A DNA stretch of 64,000 bases from an uncultured delta proteobacterium (lineage in GTDB: Bacteria; Myxococcota_A; Polyangia; Polyangiales; Houyiibacteriaceae). The notes under the pieces are model-generated. The model was not told where the DNA came from and did no database searches. It was given only the letters and a program-made list of their open reading frames with translations. The translations under genes were made by a program, and so were the position numbers. Positions 1-8,192 of this stretch are shown piece after piece. The stretch covers positions 142,348-206,347 of the forward strand of contig CAVQHC010000017.1 in assembly GCA_963712235.1 (NCBI GenBank). The letters are read 5' to 3'. Numbering within the stretch: position 1 is the first letter of the stretch; each line of letters starts with the position of its first letter.

Positions 1-1270
1 GAAAGGGAATGACGCCGCGGAGGAGCCAAAGCTTGCGGCGGGTCGTGCTCATGTTGGTGAAGGCATAGATGATCGCGCGCTGAGGCCGATAACTCGCGAC
101 GAGCTGACCAAAGTAACCGCGCCGCGTCATGACGACGATCGCTTTGGCGCCCAAAGAGTCGGCAAGACGGCACGCGCCCTGCGCGATGTGCGCGCGCTGG
201 TTGGTAGGCGCAGCGCGCTGCTTGTAGAAGTCGAGACCAGGCCCCGTCTCGATCCGGCGGGCTATCGTGTCAAGCACTTCGACACATCGGGCGGGGTACT
301 TACCGGCCGCCGTCTCCCCGCTGAGCATGATCGCATCGGCCTGCTCGTAGACGGCGTTCGCAACGTCAGTCACCTCGGCCCGCGTAGGCAGGGGATTGTC
401 GATCATCGATTCGAGCAAGTGAGTCGCCACGATGATGGGTTTGCCGGCAATCGCGCAGCTACGGACCATGTCACGCTGAAGAACGGGCAGTTCTTCGAAG
501 GCGACTTCGACACCGAGGTCGCCTCGCGCGACCATGATGCCGTCCGCTGCCTCGAGGATGGCTTCGAAGTTGTCGACGCCCTCTTGGTTCTCGATTTTCG
601 CGATGAGACGTTGGTGACCGCCCGCGTCGTCGACGATCTTCCGAACCTCCAACACGTCTTGAGCGCCGCGAACGAACGAGAGCGCGATGAAATCGACGTC
701 TTGTTCGAGGGCAAAAGCAATGTCTTCGCGATCCTTCTTCGTGATGGAAGGTAGGTTGACGCGGACCCCGGGCAGGTTGACGTGCTTGCGCGACCCCAAG
801 GTGCCGCCATCGAGGACTCTGCACTTGAGGCGATGCTCCAACACTTCGAGCACTTCGAGATTGATCAGGCCGTTGTCGACCGTCACCCGCTCACCGACGC
901 GTAGATCCTTGACCAAATCTAGATAGTTCACGTGGACGCTGCGCTCCTCGGCATCATCGGCGAGGACCGAGAAGTAGAAGACATCGCCGGCCTTGAGGTC
1001 GAGGCTTTCGGCGAGCTCACCTGTCCGTATCTCGGGGCCCTGGAGGTCCATCAAGATCGAAACGGGATGAGCGAGCTTCTTGCTCAGGCTCTTCAGGTTT
1101 CGGATGACCTGCAGATGAGAAGCATGATCGCCGTGCGACATGTTGAGGCGGGCGAGGTTCATGCCCGCATGGGCCAGGCCGGCGAGCCCATCCCAGGTGC
1201 TCGTCGACGGACCGATGGTACAGACAATCTTGGTGAGCCGTGTTTGGGACGGTTGCGGCGGCAGTTTCAT
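1..1270 (-). CDS. pyk: pyruvate kinase (3' end runs off the window)
   Basis: Reverse translation from the ATG at 1270 gives [24 protein letters not shown]...NMSHGDH...[12 protein letters not shown]...[10 protein letters not shown], a classic pyruvate kinase. The frame stays open to position 1. It is absent from the ORF track because it has no stop in the window. The listed + strand ORF 188..754 is its antisense shadow. Confidence 0.9.
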   Translation of the reverse strand, partial: MKLPPQPSQTRLTKIVCTIGPSTSTWDGLAGLAHAGMNLARLNMSHGDHASHLQVIRNLKSLSKKLAHPVSILMDLQGPEIRTGELAESLDLKAGDVFYFSVLADDAEERSVHVNYLDLVKDLRVGERVTVDNGLINLEVLEVLEHRLKCRVLDGGTLGSRKHVNLPGVRVNLPSITKKDREDIAFALEQDVDFIALSFVRGAQDVLEVRKIVDDAGGHQRLIAKIENQEGVDNFEAILEAADGIMVARGDLGVEVAFEELPVLQRDMVRSCAIAGKPIIVATHLLESMIDNPLPTRAEVTDVANAVYEQADAIMLSGETAAGKYPARCVEVLDTIARRIETGPGLDFYKQRAAPTNQRAHIAQGACRLADSLGAKAIVVMTRRGYFGQLVASYRPQRAIIYAFTNMSTTRRKLWLLRGVIPF

Positions 1271-1294
1271 GGCTGCGCGGAGCCTAGGCCAGGG

Positions 1295-2368
1295 CTAAAC
1301 CCCTGACAAACGGCGCCTGAGCAAGACGAAGCCCAGCAGGAGGCCAAGAACCAAAATCGGAGAGCGATCGCCGTGGGTCGACTGGACTGCGGCGCACGCG
1401 CTCGCCCGATGGAGCGAACCTCCTTTGGGAACGCTGATCGGATCGACTCCGTCGGCGAGGAACGAGCGCTCGTTCAAGCCCAAGTCAGCGCCGGGCTGAA
1501 ACCGGCTCCCAGCCGCTTCTGCTATCCAAGGGAGATGGGCAGAAAGCAAAGTGTAGACGCCACCGTCGCCGCAGTCCCGCCTCACATCGGAGCGGCCGCG
1601 GGACACGAGACCCACCAGGAAATCGCCTTCCTCGGTCGGAACGTAGAGCGGGCCGCCGGAATCGCCGTAACAGGAGTCGCCGAACTGATCGAGTCGACGC
1701 GTCAGCAACTCCTTCGGGCCCAGGATGTCGATCACCGCGTCCGAGATGTAGAGCTCGCCGTTTAGGTTTTCGTCGAGGTCGTAAATCCCGTAGCCGGCCA
1801 CGAACCCAATATCTCCGTGACGGATTAGCTCTTGCTCACGCGCTTTGCTGAGGAGCGGCGCGTTGGGGATCCCGTCGAACGGCGAGGCGAGCAACAGCAC
1901 TGCGATGTCGTTGGGCGAACCGATGCCGCCTTGGCCTGCACCGCTGCGATTTCGTCCCATGATGAAGTCGTGGTCGTAGCCGTCGTGGACGTGCACCTCG
2001 AAGACGGGCCGAATCATACCTTCGCGCGCTGAGCGGCTCGAAAGATGGCCGGCGACCACCTCGAGTGTGCCCGGCGCCGAGGCTCGCACGACACCGACTT
2101 CGGGCTCGACCACGGCGCAGTGGGCAGCGGTCACGACGACGCTGGGTGAAATCAGCGCGCCGGAGCAAAAGCCCCAACTCGCACCCGTATGACGGATTTC
2201 GACCGTGGCGAAGATCTGCTGATCGGTGGCCGCCCAGCCCCCAACGACGTTTGCGTGGATTTGGCCGATCTCGTCGTCCCAATCCGCCGTGTTCGGCACG
2301 TCGCCACAGCCAAGGGTTATACCCAAAAGGGTTACAGCTAGGGCTTTGTATGCATTGGCGGGACGCAT
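1295..2368 (-). CDS. secreted trypsin-like (S1) serine protease with MYXO-CTERM-like C-terminal sorting tail
   Basis: Has VVGGW start-of-mature motif, TAAHC (catalytic His), DIAVL (Asp) and GDSGGPL (Ser). There is an N-terminal signal peptide. The C-terminus reads ...ASACAAV...PILVLGLLLGFVLLRRRLSGV, i.e. Cys, a hydrophobic helix, then an Arg cluster. Confidence 0.85.
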   Translation of the reverse strand: MRPANAYKALAVTLLGITLGCGDVPNTADWDDEIGQIHANVVGGWAATDQQIFATVEIRHTGASWGFCSGALISPSVVVTAAHCAVVEPEVGVVRASAPGTLEVVAGHLSSRSAREGMIRPVFEVHVHDGYDHDFIMGRNRSGAGQGGIGSPNDIAVLLLASPFDGIPNAPLLSKAREQELIRHGDIGFVAGYGIYDLDENLNGELYISDAVIDILGPKELLTRRLDQFGDSCYGDSGGPLYVPTEEGDFLVGLVSRGRSDVRRDCGDGGVYTLLSAHLPWIAEAAGSRFQPGADLGLNERSFLADGVDPISVPKGGSLHRASACAAVQSTHGDRSPILVLGLLLGFVLLRRRLSGV

Positions 2369-2530
2369 CGTGAAAGGTAGGTGGGTGTATCATGGGTGCA
2401 TCGGCCTTCATAGAGTGAACGGATGCCGCCGACCTGGGATCTGACCGTTGTGTGAGCTGCCAAACCTTTGGCGGATGCGGAAAATTTGGTGCGGATTGCC
2501 TGGGGGAGGAGAGTCGTTCTCGTGGAAGGC

Positions 2531-3136
2531 ATGAACCGTCGAGCGCGCCGCAAAGAGGAGACTCTGCGGCGGATCGAAGAGGCGGGTTGGCGGCTTTTCA
2601 CGAGCCGAGGCTACGAGGCGACGTCGACCCGCGAGATCGCCGCGGCTGCCGACATCGCCGCGGGAACGCTGTTCAACTATTTCTCCGAGAAGCGCAGTCT
2701 TCTGATCCACTTGATGCAGAGTCGGATCGACACCGCACTGGATGAAGCGTTCACAACGATTCCGGCGTCGACCCTCGAGGCGGAGTTGACCCACGTGTTC
2801 TCGGCCTTGACCGAGTGCTACGCGAGAGAACGGCGCTTGAGCCGAGTGTTCATCAAGGAGTTGCTATTCACCGATGGTCATCGACGCGCCAAGTCCGCAG
2901 CGTGGACGTTCAACTTGGTGAGTCGAGTTGCGAGCTTGGTGAGGAACGCACAGCAACGCGGAGAGCTCGACCTGTCGATCGAGCCGATGGAAGCTGCCCA
3001 GCAGATTTTCAGCACACACTACTTTGGCCTCGTGACCTGGTTGGGAGGCACCATCCCATCGCAAGCCGCCCAGGAGAAGCAATTTAAGGCGTCGTTACGC
3101 CTGCTTCTGCGCGGCCTGCGCCGACGCGCGGCTTAG
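2531..3136 (+). CDS. TetR/AcrR family transcriptional regulator
   Basis: HTH region reads YEATSTREIAAAADIAAGTLFNYFSEKRSLL. The ORF track starts at 2468. I prefer the ATG at 2531 (MNRRARRKEETLRRIEEAG), which gives the usual spacing before the HTH. Confidence 0.85.
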   Translation: MNRRARRKEETLRRIEEAGWRLFTSRGYEATSTREIAAAADIAAGTLFNYFSEKRSLLIHLMQSRIDTALDEAFTTIPASTLEAELTHVFSALTECYARERRLSRVFIKELLFTDGHRRAKSAAWTFNLVSRVASLVRNAQQRGELDLSIEPMEAAQQIFSTHYFGLVTWLGGTIPSQAAQEKQFKASLRLLLRGLRRRAA

Positions 3137-4030
3137 CCGAACGTTGACGTCGAGCACGGCCGCCGCGATTTCTTCAGGCACTTCTTCCTGTAGAAAATGG
3201 CCGGCCTGCGTTTCGGTCACCGGCGGATCGCCAAGGAGCGCTTTGGTGCGCTTCAACGCACGGGCAAGAATGGGATCGCGTCGACCCCAGACCATCGCCT
3301 TCGGCCCATCGAAGCTGCCCGCGAAGGCGGCACACTCTTCGAGGGCAGGGATCGATGGATGACCCATGCGATCGACCGCCATGCGCGCGGTCGCCAAAGG
3401 GGCCACCCGGTCGGCGATGTTTCGAAACGGATAGCGGTAGGCGCGCGCGACGTCACCGCGGATGCTGGACTTGTCGCCCTGCGCGAGGTGCAAGGCGGCC
3501 TGAGGCAAGGGCAGCACGCGAAATGCAAAATCGCTGACGAGCGGAAGATGCGAAAAGCGGTGGAACGCCGTTGGCTTGAAGCCAGGCGACGGCGCGTCGA
3601 GCACCGTATTGAGCACGACCATCCCGCCGAGGCGATCTTGACGGCTGGTGAAGGGGTGTGTCCCGAGCGCACCGCCCCAATCTTGGCAAACGAGAATCAC
3701 ATCGTGAAGGTCGAGCTGGTCGATGAGCGAGCCAAGCCACTTGCTGTGATTACGGATGGTGTGCAGCGCAAAGTCGCGGGGCTTGTCGCTGAATCCAAAG
3801 CCGATCAGGTCCGGCATGATCAAACGAAGCCCCTGTCCCTGGAGGCACATGGCCACCTTGCGGTAGAGGAAGCCCCAGGTGGGGTTGCCGTGCACCATCA
3901 GCACCGGCCTTCCCCGACCCGTCTCCATCACATGCATGTGCAGCCCGTCGCCGACGGCAACGCGATATCGAGTGAAAGGAACCTCCTTCGCGATCCACGC
4001 GGGAAGCTCAGGCGCCGGCAGCTGCTCCAC
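3095..4030 (-). CDS. alpha/beta hydrolase, haloalkane-dehalogenase-like
   Basis: Contains VLMVHGNPTWGFLYRKV and the VCQDWGG nucleophile elbow. The ORF-track ATG at 4204 lies inside the IS element and the intervening residues are repeat-derived. The in-frame GTG at 4030 (VEQLPAPELPAWIAKEVPF...) is the likely start. Confidence 0.8.
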   Translation of the reverse strand: MEQLPAPELPAWIAKEVPFTRYRVAVGDGLHMHVMETGRGRPVLMVHGNPTWGFLYRKVAMCLQGQGLRLIMPDLIGFGFSDKPRDFALHTIRNHSKWLGSLIDQLDLHDVILVCQDWGGALGTHPFTSRQDRLGGMVVLNTVLDAPSPGFKPTAFHRFSHLPLVSDFAFRVLPLPQAALHLAQGDKSSIRGDVARAYRYPFRNIADRVAPLATARMAVDRMGHPSIPALEECAAFAGSFDGPKAMVWGRRDPILARALKRTKALLGDPPVTETQAGHFLQEEVPEEIAAAVLDVNVRLSRASAQAAQKQA

Positions 4031-4071
4031 GAGACGAAGCCTACCGCGTCGAGCCCTTCGCGAAAAGCGGA

Positions 4072-4148
4072 CTGCTGGGGCTGCCGCGGGTGTTGGGGGA
4101 GGCGGTGTTCGGCTTGGGCTCCCGCGGGTGTTTGGGGGGGGTGGTTGA
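4072..4148. repeat. left stub of the GC-rich repeat array, cut off by the IS3 insertion
   Basis: Contains two copies of the sub-repeat GCTGCCGCGGGTGTTGG. It aligns by eye with the reverse complement of 12000-12095 and continues at 5411 after the IS. Confidence 0.75.
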
Positions 4149-4202
4149 TGGAGTTGACCCGGTTTCGTGGACACTCGCCCGCTTTCGGGCAAAGGAGTCC
4201 AC

Positions 4203-4520
4203 ATGCCTCAAAGACACAGGCCAGCGTACCCCGCGGAGTTCCGGGAGCGACTGGTGGAGCTGGTCCGCTCGGGACGCAGCCCGGAGGAGCTCGCGAGGGA
4301 GTTTGAGCCCTCGGCCCAGGCGATACGCAACTGGGTGGCACAGGCCGAGCGCGACACGGGCAAGCGAAGCGACGGTCTGACGACCCAGGAGCGCGAAGAG
4401 CTTCGGCGTCTTCGACGCGAAAACAAGACGCTCAAGGTTGAAAAAGAAATCTTGAAAAAAGCCGCCGCCTGGTTCGCGCAGGAGACCGATTCGGTTCCGC
4501 CCAAGAATTCGAATTCGTGA
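4203..4520 (+). CDS. IS3-family transposase OrfA (HTH)
   Basis: Reads MPQRHRPAYPAEFRERLVELVRSGRSPEELAREFEPSAQAIRNWV, then a leucine-zipper-like REELRRLRRENKTLKVEKEILKKAAAWF. The A6G run at 4455-4461 is the likely -1 slippery site. Confidence 0.85.
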   Translation: MPQRHRPAYPAEFRERLVELVRSGRSPEELAREFEPSAQAIRNWVAQAERDTGKRSDGLTTQEREELRRLRRENKTLKVEKEILKKAAAWFAQETDSVPPKNSNS

Positions 4521-5383
4521 GAGCGCATCAGGCTAAATATCCCGTGCGGACGCTTTGTCGGGTGCTCGGTGTCTCCCCGAGCGGCTACTACGCGTACGTG
4601 AAGCGTCCGGCGTCACGGCGTGCGGTCGAAGACGCGGGGCTCCTCGAGCGCATCGAGCACTTCCATGCGCGCTCTCGGGGTACGTACGGAGCGCCGCGCA
4701 TCCACCGCGACCTCCGCGAGGAGGACGCGGTGCGCGTGGGCCAAAAGCGCGTCGCACGGCTCATGCGGCAAGCCCAAATCGTCGGTATCAGTCGCCGCAA
4801 GCGGCGCGTGACGACGACCCGACGCGACGTCAACGGCCGACCGGCGCCTGACCTTGTCGATCGCGATTTCACGGCGACCGGCCCCGACCAGCTCTGGGTC
4901 GCGGACATCACTTACGTCCCGACCCACGCTGGCTTTTTGTACCTCGCGGTGGTCGTCGATGCGTGGAGCCGGCGCGTGGTCGGCTGGTCGATGGCCCATC
5001 ACCTGCGCACCGAGCTCGTCCTCACGGCGCTCGAGATGGCGCTTCAACAACGGCGGCCGGCCGACGTGATTCATCACTCCGACCAAGGCTGCCAATACAC
5101 GTCGTACGCCTTCGGCAAACGCTGCCGACAAGCGGGCGTCCGACCCTCGATGGGCTCGGTCGGCGACGCCTACGACAACGCCATGTGCGAGAGCTTCTTC
5201 GCCACCCTCGAGTGCGAGCTGCTCGACCGACGGCGCTTCCGCTCTCAGACTGAAGCGCGAATGGCCATCTTCGACTTCGTCGAAGGCTGGTACAATCCCA
5301 AGCGACGCCACTCGGCGCTCGATTACCTCTCACCCCTTCAATTCGAACGAATCAACCGAACCCCAATGCGCGCAAGCGCTTAA
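4517..5383 (+). CDS. IS3-family transposase OrfB (DDE integrase core), expressed as OrfAB by -1 frameshift
   Basis: Contains YPVRTLCRVLGVSPSGYY, WVADITYVPT, HHSDQGCQYTS and NAMCESFFATLECEL (DDE/rve core). The frame is -1 relative to orfA and is open upstream back to the A-run. Confidence 0.9.
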   Translation: MRAHQAKYPVRTLCRVLGVSPSGYYAYVKRPASRRAVEDAGLLERIEHFHARSRGTYGAPRIHRDLREEDAVRVGQKRVARLMRQAQIVGISRRKRRVTTTRRDVNGRPAPDLVDRDFTATGPDQLWVADITYVPTHAGFLYLAVVVDAWSRRVVGWSMAHHLRTELVLTALEMALQQRRPADVIHHSDQGCQYTSYAFGKRCRQAGVRPSMGSVGDAYDNAMCESFFATLECELLDRRRFRSQTEARMAIFDFVEGWYNPKRRHSALDYLSPLQFERINRTPMRASA

Positions 5384-5410
5384 CCGTCCACCGAAGCGGG
5401 TGAACTCCAT

Positions 5411-6007
5411 TGATGGGCTTGGTGGGTGGTTTGGTTTAGTTACACCGCCCGCCCACCCCCACCCGTAATCCTCCCTGGCGCGGCATTCGCTTCGCTCTGC
5501 CTTGCCGGCGCGTTCGCGCCGGGCTTCGCCCTTCGGGCTCGCGCTGCCGCGGGTGTTTGGTAGGGCGGGGGCGGGCGTCGCCGTTCGGCTTGGGTGTCAC
5601 CGTTCGGCTTGTGCTGCCGCGGGTGTTGGGGGGGCGGGTCTTGGGTGGGCGGCGTGGTACGGCTTGTTGACACCGCCCCGCCCACCCCCACCCGTAATCC
5701 TCCCTGGCGCGGCATTCGCTTCGCTCTGCCTTGCCGGCGCTTCGCGCCGGGCTTCGCCCTTCGGGCTCGCGCTGCCGCCTGCCGATTGGGAAGGTTGGTG
5801 GTCCTGTCTCCGTAGGGAGGGGCGCGACAAAAACCCGTCATGGGGTGGAGTCGACGTAACGAGTGACAATCTGCAAGACAGCAGCCACCGCAGATTGGCG
5901 CGAGTTCCGAGGCTCGGCTTGCGTGGTCCAGGCCCCCATGTGCTTCCGACCACATCTGCAAGCCGAGCCGTTCGATGGAACCCCGTGTCGGGTTTTTTCC
6001 GCGCCCC
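5411..6007. repeat. GC-rich composite repeat array (two R units plus a 189-bp hairpin module)
   Basis: R units lie at 5441-5550 and 5669-5778 (CACCCCCACCCGTAATCCTCCCTGGCGCGGCATTCGC...GCCGGCGCGTTCGCGCCGGGCTTCGCCCTTCGGGCTCGCGCTGCCGC). The hairpin module at 5819-6007 has 27-nt terminal inverted repeats. An inverted homologue lies at 11624-12095. Confidence 0.85.
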
Positions 6008-6011
6008 GGTT

Positions 6012-6689
6012 CTAGTCGACCGCTTGCGCTCGCCACTTGCGCAGGATGAGTATGCTGATCGCGGCGATCACGACTGCCGCGAGGATGAGGAAAGGCCAGA
6101 GCTGGTCCCAGGGCCAGGTCGCCACAGGGTGCTCTTCGATCCATTTCGCGACACGAACTCCGACCAGCGTCGTCATCAAGGTGAAGGGCGCGACGCCCAA
6201 GACGGTCGCGGCGAGGAACGGGACGAAGGCGACTCGCGACACGCCCAACGCCCACTGCACGGTGGGGGTCGTGTAGAAGATCAGGCGCAGCAGGAAGACC
6301 GTTCGGAATCCGTTCGTTTGGAGTCGCTCATCGAATCGTCGAATGCGAGGAGGGAGCCGTTGTTGAATCCAATCGCGCGCTACGAATCGCGCGACGAGGA
6401 ACGAAAACAAGCCGGTGCCAATCGTGCCGGCCCAGTTGAGCAGAAACGCCTCGGTCGGAGTCCAGATGAGCGGCGCGCTGAGAAGGAAGACGAGCCCGTT
6501 CACACCAAACGGCTGCAGGCATGTGTACGCTGCGATGAAGAGCACGCCACCCCAGGGCCCGGCCTTCTGAAACCAAATCCGCATCGAGGCAGGGTCGAGC
6601 TCCTGGTAGGCGCCGCTCGCGTAGATCCAGGCAACTGCCCCGGCCAGCAGCGCGGCGAATGCGATCTTCAACAGGCTTGCGCGATCCAC
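6012..6689 (-). CDS. TVP38/TMEM64 (DedA/SNARE-associated superfamily) membrane protein
   Basis: Polytopic membrane protein. Contains the family-typical stretch FLLNWAGTIGTGLFSFLVARFVARDWIQQRLPPRIRRFDERLQTNGFRTVFLLRLIF. Confidence 0.7.
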   Translation of the reverse strand: MDRASLLKIAFAALLAGAVAWIYASGAYQELDPASMRIWFQKAGPWGGVLFIAAYTCLQPFGVNGLVFLLSAPLIWTPTEAFLLNWAGTIGTGLFSFLVARFVARDWIQQRLPPRIRRFDERLQTNGFRTVFLLRLIFYTTPTVQWALGVSRVAFVPFLAATVLGVAPFTLMTTLVGVRVAKWIEEHPVATWPWDQLWPFLILAAVVIAAISILILRKWRAQAVD

Positions 6690-6776
6690 CCGGGGAAGCC
6701 TAGCTCAGGACTTGCGGACAACCCTGGACATCCGGAATTCAGCCGGTTAGAAATGCGCGGTGGCTAGGAGGAAACG

Positions 6777-8157
6777 GTGCAGGACGCTGTAGCGCCCGGT
6801 TTGTCGGCCGCCGCGACCAGGCGACTTCCGGCCGTGCGCACCGAGGAGACGGCGCGCGAGTTTGGGGGCTCCTTTGGGGCTGCCTTCATCATGACGCTCT
6901 CGCATGCCCTGATGCTCTACCTCTGGATCGCGTGGCGCTTTCACGACGGAGCGGTGTTCTATCCGGTCTCGCTCTCCGATCTGGGACCGTTCTTCAGACG
7001 TGATTTGGGAGCAGATCGTGACCTACGCGTCACCGACTTGGAGCACGTTCGGCATCTACGGGGCGTTCCTGCTCGTGGAGGGATGGATGGCGGCTTACCT
7101 GCCGGGGTTGGAAATAAAGGGGCTGCCGATCCCGTCGCGGAACGGCCAACGGCTGGTCTACCGCTGCAACGGCATCACCGCGTGGTACCTCACGCTACTC
7201 GCTATCGCGATTTTGCACCTCAGCGGAGTCTTCCCTCTGGAGACGATCTACCAGCAGTTTGGCGCATTCATGATCACTGCGATGATCATCGCGAACGTCG
7301 TTGCGCTCCTCGTTTACTTCGGAGCCAGGGCAACCGGCAACGCGGAGCGGATGTCGGGGAACTTCCTTTACGACTTCTTCATGGGGGCTTGGCTCAATCC
7401 TCGGATCGGACCCTTGGACCTCAAAATGTGGGCGGAGGTCCGCGTCTCCTGGCTGACCCTCTTCTTGCTGACGGCCAGCGGCGCCGCACACCAATACGCG
7501 ACGTATGGCACGGTGAGCACGCCGATGATCTTCATGGTAGTCGCCCATTTTCTCTACACCAATGCCTGCATGAAGGGCGAGGAGTGCATCCCGACGACCT
7601 GGGACATCTTCTACGAGAAGTGGGGCTGGATGCTCGTCTTCTGGAACCTGGCGGGCGTGCCGTTCGTGTACTGTTTCAGCTCGATGTACATCGCATCGCG
7701 ACCGCCGTTCGAGCACTCTGCTGCGTTTACCGTGTTTTGTTTTCTGCTGCTGTTTGGCTCGTACTACGTCTGGGACACGGCGCAAAGCCAGCGAAACCGC
7801 TTTCGCATGCAGCTCAACGGCTCGTACGTGAAACGGAAGGCGTTCCCACAGTTGCCCTGGGGCACGCTGCACAACCCGCGCTACTTGGAAACCGAAGCCG
7901 GGTCCAAGCTACTCGTCGATGGCTGGTGGCGATACGCCCGAAAGATTCACTACACAGCGGACATTCTGATGGCGTTATCCTGGGGCCTGATTTGCGGCTT
8001 CGACCACTTCTTACCGTACCTCTACGTGACCTTCTTCGTGGTCATGATTCTGCACCGCGCCGGGCGGGACATCCGCAGGTGTAAGAAAAAGTACGGCGCA
8101 GACTGGGAGCGCTACTGTGAAGAAGTCCCCTACTTGTTCATTCCGTACGTGTTCTGA
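6777..8157 (+). CDS. ERG4/ERG24-family sterol reductase (C-14/delta-7 type), interrupted by an apparent +1 frameshift near 6996-7002
   Basis: The C-terminus LLVDGWWRYARKIHYTADILMALSWGLICGFDHFLPYLYVTFFVVMILHRAGRDIRRCKKKYGADWERYCEEVPYLFIPYVF is the family signature (ORF 7000..8157). The expected N-terminal segment REFGGSFGAAFIMTLSHALMLYLWIAWRFHDG is in the other frame (ORF 6777.., real only up to about 7001). Confidence 0.8.
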
Positions 8158-8192
8158 ATGAGTAGAACGAACCACCGAAGGAGATAGCAAGC

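Larger units (their letters stand above)
4149..5410 (+). mobile_element. IS3-family insertion sequence (~1.26 kb)
   Basis: Imperfect terminal inverted repeats: TGGAGTTGACCCGGTTTCGTGGAC at the left end versus the reverse complement ATGGAGTTCACCCGCTTCGGTGGAC at the right end. TGA occurs at 4146-4148 and 5411-5413 and is a putative 3-bp target duplication. The orfA/orfB pair has orfB in the -1 frame. Confidence 0.85.

Noticed and set aside
188-1306. Plus-strand ORFs 188..754, 687..926 and 932..1306.
   Set aside because: They lie antisense to a clearly recognisable pyruvate kinase gene. These are high-GC shadow ORFs with no recognisable motifs.
4031-4204. N-terminal extension of the hydrolase ORF (track start 4204).
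   Set aside because: The ATG at 4204 is inside the IS3 element, and the intervening residues (PPPPNTRGSPSRTPPPP...) are translated repeat DNA. The in-frame GTG at 4030 fits the family N-terminus.
5440-6767. ORFs 5440..6255 (-) and 5502..6767 (+), plus 11512..12219 (-) and 11671..13035 (+), some sharing an MPARSRRASPFG start.
   Set aside because: They initiate inside the GC-rich repeat units and are Arg/Pro/Gly-rich nonsense. They overlap real genes (TVP38, TPP enzyme) in wrong frames or on the wrong strand.
7002-8084. The long continuation of ORF 6777..8084 beyond about 7000.
   Set aside because: Only its first ~75 codons resemble a sterol reductase. After that the conserved sequence is in the 7000..8157 frame, and the remainder is an open shadow frame.
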